DNA of 64,000 nucleotides from Candidatus Hodarchaeota archaeon (GTDB lineage Archaea; Asgardarchaeota; Heimdallarchaeia; Hodarchaeales; Hodarchaeaceae): NCBI GenBank assembly GCA_016839815.1, contig JAEOTM010000204.1, positions 32,001 to 96,000 of the forward strand, read 5' to 3'. Shown piece by piece: positions 60,027 to 64,000 of this stretch (position 1 is its first letter; each line of letters starts with the position of its first letter). The notes under the pieces were generated by a model. It saw only the letters and a program-made list of their open reading frames with translations, ran no database searches and was not told where the DNA came from. The position numbers and the translations under genes were made by a program.

Positions 60027-60406
60027 TTTTCACGGATACTTTGAGAAAAATGACCAATCTCTGGTGGAGGCCCTCTGCTAAAAGAAAGATAAGATCCAAT
60101 AATTGTCCCCCAATATGGAGTAAAGCCTAATCGCTTCCGTTTTTTACGATCAGAGTAAATAGAATAAAGTCCAACCAAAACAAGGATAGGTCCAGCAGCC
60201 CAGACAAGCATTATTCCACCAAACATCTGATCTCTGACCTCAGAGTCAGTCCTAGAGATAAAGGAAGTAATGACCAAAGCCCACGCAGTTCCAGCGATGA
60301 TACTTAGAGCTCCCTGAACAGTATCATACCCTAATCCATTTCTTACAGAAACCATAGCATCAGAGCAAGAATTTCCAAATAAAAACCTTTCGATATGTCG
60401 CTCCAC
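60023..60406 (-). CDS. Small two-TM membrane protein
   Basis: Two hydrophobic helices and a basic tail. Start uncertain. Confidence 0.5.
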   Translation of the reverse strand: MERHIERFLFGNSCSDAMVSVRNGLGYDTVQGALSIIAGTAWALVITSFISRTDSEVRDQMFGGIMLVWAAGPILVLVGLYSIYSDRKKRKRLGFTPYWGTIIGSYLSFSRGPPPEIGHFSQSIREN

Positions 60407-60479
60407 GCGTCTTTCTGTGAAGAAAACTGCTTTATCAATGGAGTTACTTTCAAGAAAGATCCCATCACATCATCATTGT

Positions 60480-61520
60480 CTATTTAATTAAATTTACTGT
60501 ATTTTTAATAGTTTCTTCTGCATCTTGGGTTATCTTATCGATTATTGAGGCGACTCCTTTGATACTATCGATAAGCCCGATACTTTGTCCAAGGAGGACA
60601 GCTCCATCATGGATCTTACCTTTATAAGCTAAATCATAAGCTTGGGCTGCTTTAACTAACTCTTCCGTACTCGTTACTGCTTCCTGAGCTAATTTTTCTT
60701 CTTTTTTAGTTACACGACCATGTCCTAGACTATACTTATTCTTCCAAAGACGAATCGGCCCTAATATCCCTGTCACAAGTGTCGTATCATGGGCTTTAGC
60801 TGGTGGAATCACGTTTTTGTAAGTTTCATGGAATTCACATTCACTAGAAGCGATAAATCTGGATCCCATGGCGATTGCCCCAGCCCCGAGAGATAAAGCA
60901 GCAGCTAAACCTTCGCCTGTAGCAAATCCTCCACAGGCAATTCGAGGTATGAGAGGGAATCGTTGCTGGACTTGTTGGAGAAGAACGAGGGTGCTTACAT
61001 TTTCATAAGATTGGTGTCCCCCTCCTTCACTACCTGTGACTACTAATCCGTCAACCCCGGTATCTACACATTTCGCTGCTAACCAGAGGGCAGGTGCAAC
61101 GTGAAAATGGACAATCTGTGAGGTTTCTTTTAATTTTTTGAACGTTTTTGACTGGGGAAGCACTTTAGCGGACCCTGCACTAGTTAAAACGTATCGACAC
61201 TGTTCTCGAATTTTGGGACTATTCAGAATGAATTCTGGGATTTCAGTACACAAAGCCTCGGCATATGGCTCTAATCGAGAAGTTCTAATATTGAATCCAA
61301 ACGGTTTGTCGGTATGGTCAACCACATATTGCATATTTTGTTTCATTTCTTCAATAGGATCTTTATCCCTGCTTAAAAGGCCAATTTGAGATAAGACACC
61401 TAAACCTCCAGCTTCAGAGACAGCGACAGTTAAATGTGTTGTATGGAAGGGAGCCATAGGCGCCGCAATTATAGGATGCTTAATTCCTAACATTTTGGTG
61501 ATTTGTGTTTCGAGTGGCAT
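60480..61520 (-). CDS. Nitronate monooxygenase / FabK-like flavoenzyme
   Basis: LGIKHPIIAAPM, AVSEAGGLG, GSEGGGH, IACGGF, MGSRFIAS.EC, GQSIGLI. Confidence 0.93.
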   Translation of the reverse strand: MPLETQITKMLGIKHPIIAAPMAPFHTTHLTVAVSEAGGLGVLSQIGLLSRDKDPIEEMKQNMQYVVDHTDKPFGFNIRTSRLEPYAEALCTEIPEFILNSPKIREQCRYVLTSAGSAKVLPQSKTFKKLKETSQIVHFHVAPALWLAAKCVDTGVDGLVVTGSEGGGHQSYENVSTLVLLQQVQQRFPLIPRIACGGFATGEGLAAALSLGAGAIAMGSRFIASSECEFHETYKNVIPPAKAHDTTLVTGILGPIRLWKNKYSLGHGRVTKKEEKLAQEAVTSTEELVKAAQAYDLAYKGKIHDGAVLLGQSIGLIDSIKGVASIIDKITQDAEETIKNTVNLIK

Positions 61521-61578
61521 TACTCTTCAATGAAATTAGGAAGTTTTCAAAAGGTTTCTGAAAATTGGGATTGTAACT

Positions 61579-61644
61579 ATTTTTAGTAAAAAACGAGAGG
61601 ACTGACCCTTTCACACTTTTCGTCCGAAGCTCGTGTGTGAGGAA
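61579..61644 (+). repeat. Dispersed repeat copy R7 (core only)
   Basis: aaaaaacgagaggactgaccctttcacac...tcgtgtgtgagga. Confidence 0.9.
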
Positions 61645-61704
61645 TTCAATATCTGTAAGATATGAAAACCAGTTATCTCATGAAGCATTGATAAAAAAGA
61701 GAAA

Positions 61705-61737
61705 TGTATATATAGATTGTAAACAGAAGTGTATACA
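61705..61737 (+). promoter_or_regulatory. Putative RHH operator: TGTAWAYA x3
   Basis: tgtatata at 61705, tgtaaaca at 61718, tgtataca at 61730, upstream of the antitoxin. Confidence 0.55.
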
Positions 61738-61770
61738 AATCACTTGGTGACTTCACTTGGATATGAGAAA

Positions 61771-61986
61771 ATGAGTCAAGTACAACTAAGATTACCCCCC
61801 TCTCTGGTAAAAATGATTGATAACTTGGTAGCAGAAGGAAAATACAAAAATAGAAGTGATGCGATAAGAACTATGATCTCTAATCAGATAGAGTTTGAAA
61901 AAACACGTGATTTCTTATCTATGCTTCAAACTAGGAGTAAAGAAGCAGAAGACCATCCAGAAGATTTGATTCCTTTTGAAGATTGA
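61771..61986 (+). CDS. CopG/ParD-like RHH antitoxin
   Basis: VQLRLPPSLVKMIDNLVAEGKYKNRSDAIR. Confidence 0.92.
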   Translation: MSQVQLRLPPSLVKMIDNLVAEGKYKNRSDAIRTMISNQIEFEKTRDFLSMLQTRSKEAEDHPEDLIPFED

Positions 61987-62261
61987 TCGTAATGCCATAT
62001 CAGATTCTATTCCATTCAAAAGCGGATAAGACCTTAAAAAGTTTTGAACTACAACTACAAAAACGGATTAAGCAGAAAATACAAATATTAATAAACCAAC
62101 CAAGAAGTGGAAAGCTACTAAAAGGGTCAAAATTCTTTTCTCTAAGAGCTGGGGATTATCGAATAATTTACGAAATTAAGACAGACCCCTCACGCATTAT
62201 TATTCTTTTCATTGGTCATAGAAGCGTGGTTTACGATAACTTTCTGAAATGGCTTTCGTAA
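61983..62261 (+). CDS. relE: RelE/ParE-family toxin
   Basis: YQILFHSKADK, LRAGDYRIIYEI, IGHRSVVY. Confidence 0.92.
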   Translation: MIVMPYQILFHSKADKTLKSFELQLQKRIKQKIQILINQPRSGKLLKGSKFFSLRAGDYRIIYEIKTDPSRIIILFIGHRSVVYDNFLKWLS

Positions 62262-62294
62262 ACACAGAATTACACCTAGATGATGTAAATGAGA

Positions 62295-62450
62295 AGAAGT
62301 GACCACCAGACTTAAGATCAGATTTTCTCAAAGAAAACATGAACACATGCTATTAGACTCCTTACGGCTATTTCTTTTTCTTAAAAGAAAAAACGAGAGG
62401 ACTGACCATTTCCACACTTTTTTCTGGAAAGTAGACCTTGTACGAGGAGC
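62295..62450 (+). repeat. Dispersed repeat copy R8 (full)
   Basis: agaagtgaccaccagacttaagatcaga...gactccttacgg...aaaaaacgagaggactgaccatttccac...ccttgtacgaggagc. Confidence 0.92.
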
Positions 62451-62787
62451 TGGTAGTTGTTAATACACACTGAGCATGTTGACCGAAGCCTCCACACGTA
62501 TTTCCTGAAAGAAACCTACTCTATCACCGGGATTTTCCTCATGAAAGATCCCAGCACGTGTTTACCACTCCATAATTATTTTTACCAGTCCCCACAACTT
62601 AAAGTCGATAAAAAAAAGAGGCACAGTTTTGAGGTCTATTACGAGCCTCTTCTAAAGAAAACATTCAGCCTTATCGGCTAGCGTGAAGAAAGATAATCCG
62701 AAAATTCGATAGAGTGGAGAAAGCTGGTAGATGGGGGGATAACGAAACAATTATTAATGACAAAATCCATGTATCTGAGTCAAGGTT

Positions 62788-64000
62788 ATGACGATGAGAT
62801 ATAGATTAATTGTTTTTAGTTGTTTATTTTTACTAGTGTTTTTATCTGGAAATATCGGATACACAACTGACTTAGCTGTAGAAAATACTAGGGAATGGAC
62901 TTGGTCATCAATGGAATTAATCTCAGATATAAGCAATTTTTCTTCCTATAATCCCTATATTTTTGTTGATGAAAATTTCTACATTCACGTGATATGGGGA
63001 GAACAAGATACTTACACGATTGCAGGGGATAACGATTCTTATCAGGATATAATATATCAGCGGTGGAATCTCTTTAGTGAAGAATACTATGCACCTGAAC
63101 TAGTATCATCTACAACCCTTTCAACTGCTAGAGACCCCTATTGTACAATGGATCACGATGGCAATATTCATGTATTGTGGGAGGATAACACTGTTTTCTT
63201 CAAGGATACTGGGGATTGGGACATAATTTACAGTATGTGGAATGCCTCAACCCAAGAATGGACATTTCCGCGAATGCTATCAATGGGAACCAATGATTCC
63301 TATAATCCAGTTATTTGCGTCACACCTTCTGGGGAACGGCACGTATTTTGGGATGAACGAAATATCACGAGAGAAGTATATCATAGACCTAATATTAATG
63401 GGGAATGGTTGGGAATTGAGGAAATAACTATAGAGGACGAAACCTATGATGCTGTATCGCCAAGCGCAGCAACAGATGAAGCAAACAATATACATTTGAC
63501 TTGGATAGACTATTCTGACTATAGTGGAGCTGGGGAAGGGACTGGATCCATTTTTTACAAAAAATATGATAATATACTAGATTCGTGGCTAGGAACAGCT
63601 TTTATCTCAACAGAGAGTGTGGAAACTATCTATAGCCAATCAATTGCAGTTGATTCCACAGGAAAACCCCATGTTGTTTGGCAAGATATGTCTGTCCTAC
63701 CTTTAGCCGACGATGGGAATCCTGATATTTTCTATAAGACAATGAATTCAGAGACAGCCATTTGGACATCAACTCAGGTCATTTCTACGGACAGTACAGC
63801 AAGTTGTCAACGTCCCACGTTCACAATCGATCCTTCGAATAATATTCACGTAGTATGGGAAGATTGCACAAATTTTGGAGGAGCGGGGTTTGATTGGGAC
63901 TTAGTTCATAAAATGTGGAATTCAACAGCCGAAACTTGGGGCCCTATGACCCTTTTAACACCTGAAAGTTCCGAAAATAGTATGCAGCCGCACATATCCT
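62788..64000 (+). CDS. Secreted beta-propeller (BNR/sialidase-like repeat) protein, 3'-truncated; absent from the ORF track
   Basis: Signal peptide MTMRYRLIVFSCLFLLVFLSG, then repeated P.I.VD..GNIHVVW.D...DI.Y..W units. The frame appears open to the window end. Confidence 0.82.
   Translation, partial: MTMRYRLIVFSCLFLLVFLSGNIGYTTDLAVENTREWTWSSMELISDISNFSSYNPYIFVDENFYIHVIWGEQDTYTIAGDNDSYQDIIYQRWNLFSEEYYAPELVSSTTLSTARDPYCTMDHDGNIHVLWEDNTVFFKDTGDWDIIYSMWNASTQEWTFPRMLSMGTNDSYNPVICVTPSGERHVFWDERNITREVYHRPNINGEWLGIEEITIEDETYDAVSPSAATDEANNIHLTWIDYSDYSGAGEGTGSIFYKKYDNILDSWLGTAFISTESVETIYSQSIAVDSTGKPHVVWQDMSVLPLADDGNPDIFYKTMNSETAIWTSTQVISTDSTASCQRPTFTIDPSNNIHVVWEDCTNFGGAGFDWDLVHKMWNSTAETWGPMTLLTPESSENSMQPHIS

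Noticed and set aside
46855-62450. Repeat interpreted as a CRISPR array or as canonical attC sites
   Set aside because: Spacing is 0.6-4.6 kb with whole genes between copies, there are no cas genes, and no RYYYAAC/GTTRRRY ends were seen.
62457-62681. 74-aa ORF after repeat R8, and other short antisense ORFs nested in long genes
   Set aside because: They have no motifs, and the nested ones are explained by the opposite-strand gene.

Overview
AT-rich archaeal DNA that looks like an Asgard archaeon, probably Heimdallarchaeia/Hodarchaeales. This is an inference from six Ras-superfamily small GTPases or pseudo-GTPases, TPR and TPR-longin proteins, and many secreted proteins with Thr-rich linkers and C-terminal membrane anchors. 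I saw no rRNA, tRNA, CRISPR array, transposase or integrase. Bases 1-46 kb are a loose mix of accessory genes: a nucleotide-housekeeping operon, phosphotransferases, GNATs, surface proteins and regulators. Four observations stand out. (1) From 46.8 to 62.5 kb a non-coding repeat, about 140-155 bp when complete, occurs eight times in the same orientation, only between genes, and appears to be structured. It brackets single genes or small modules (two 83%-identical Rab-like GTPases, three toxin-antitoxin pairs, surface proteins), giving an integron-like cassette array without canonical attC sites. (2) Two distantly related ~500-aa tandem Lrp/AsnC-like regulators each lie next to very short peptide ORFs, including a putative secreted pro-peptide and an 11-aa MMPP...K micro-ORF, which may form a peptide signalling system. 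(3) An orphan T6SS Hcp tube protein carries an N-terminal signal/anchor and is coupled to a PGF-CTERM-like surface protein. (4) A permease-less peptide-binding protein is coupled to a membrane-anchored wHTH regulator, with a shared operator-like palindrome in two promoters. All family calls come from motif recognition by eye; no searches were run.
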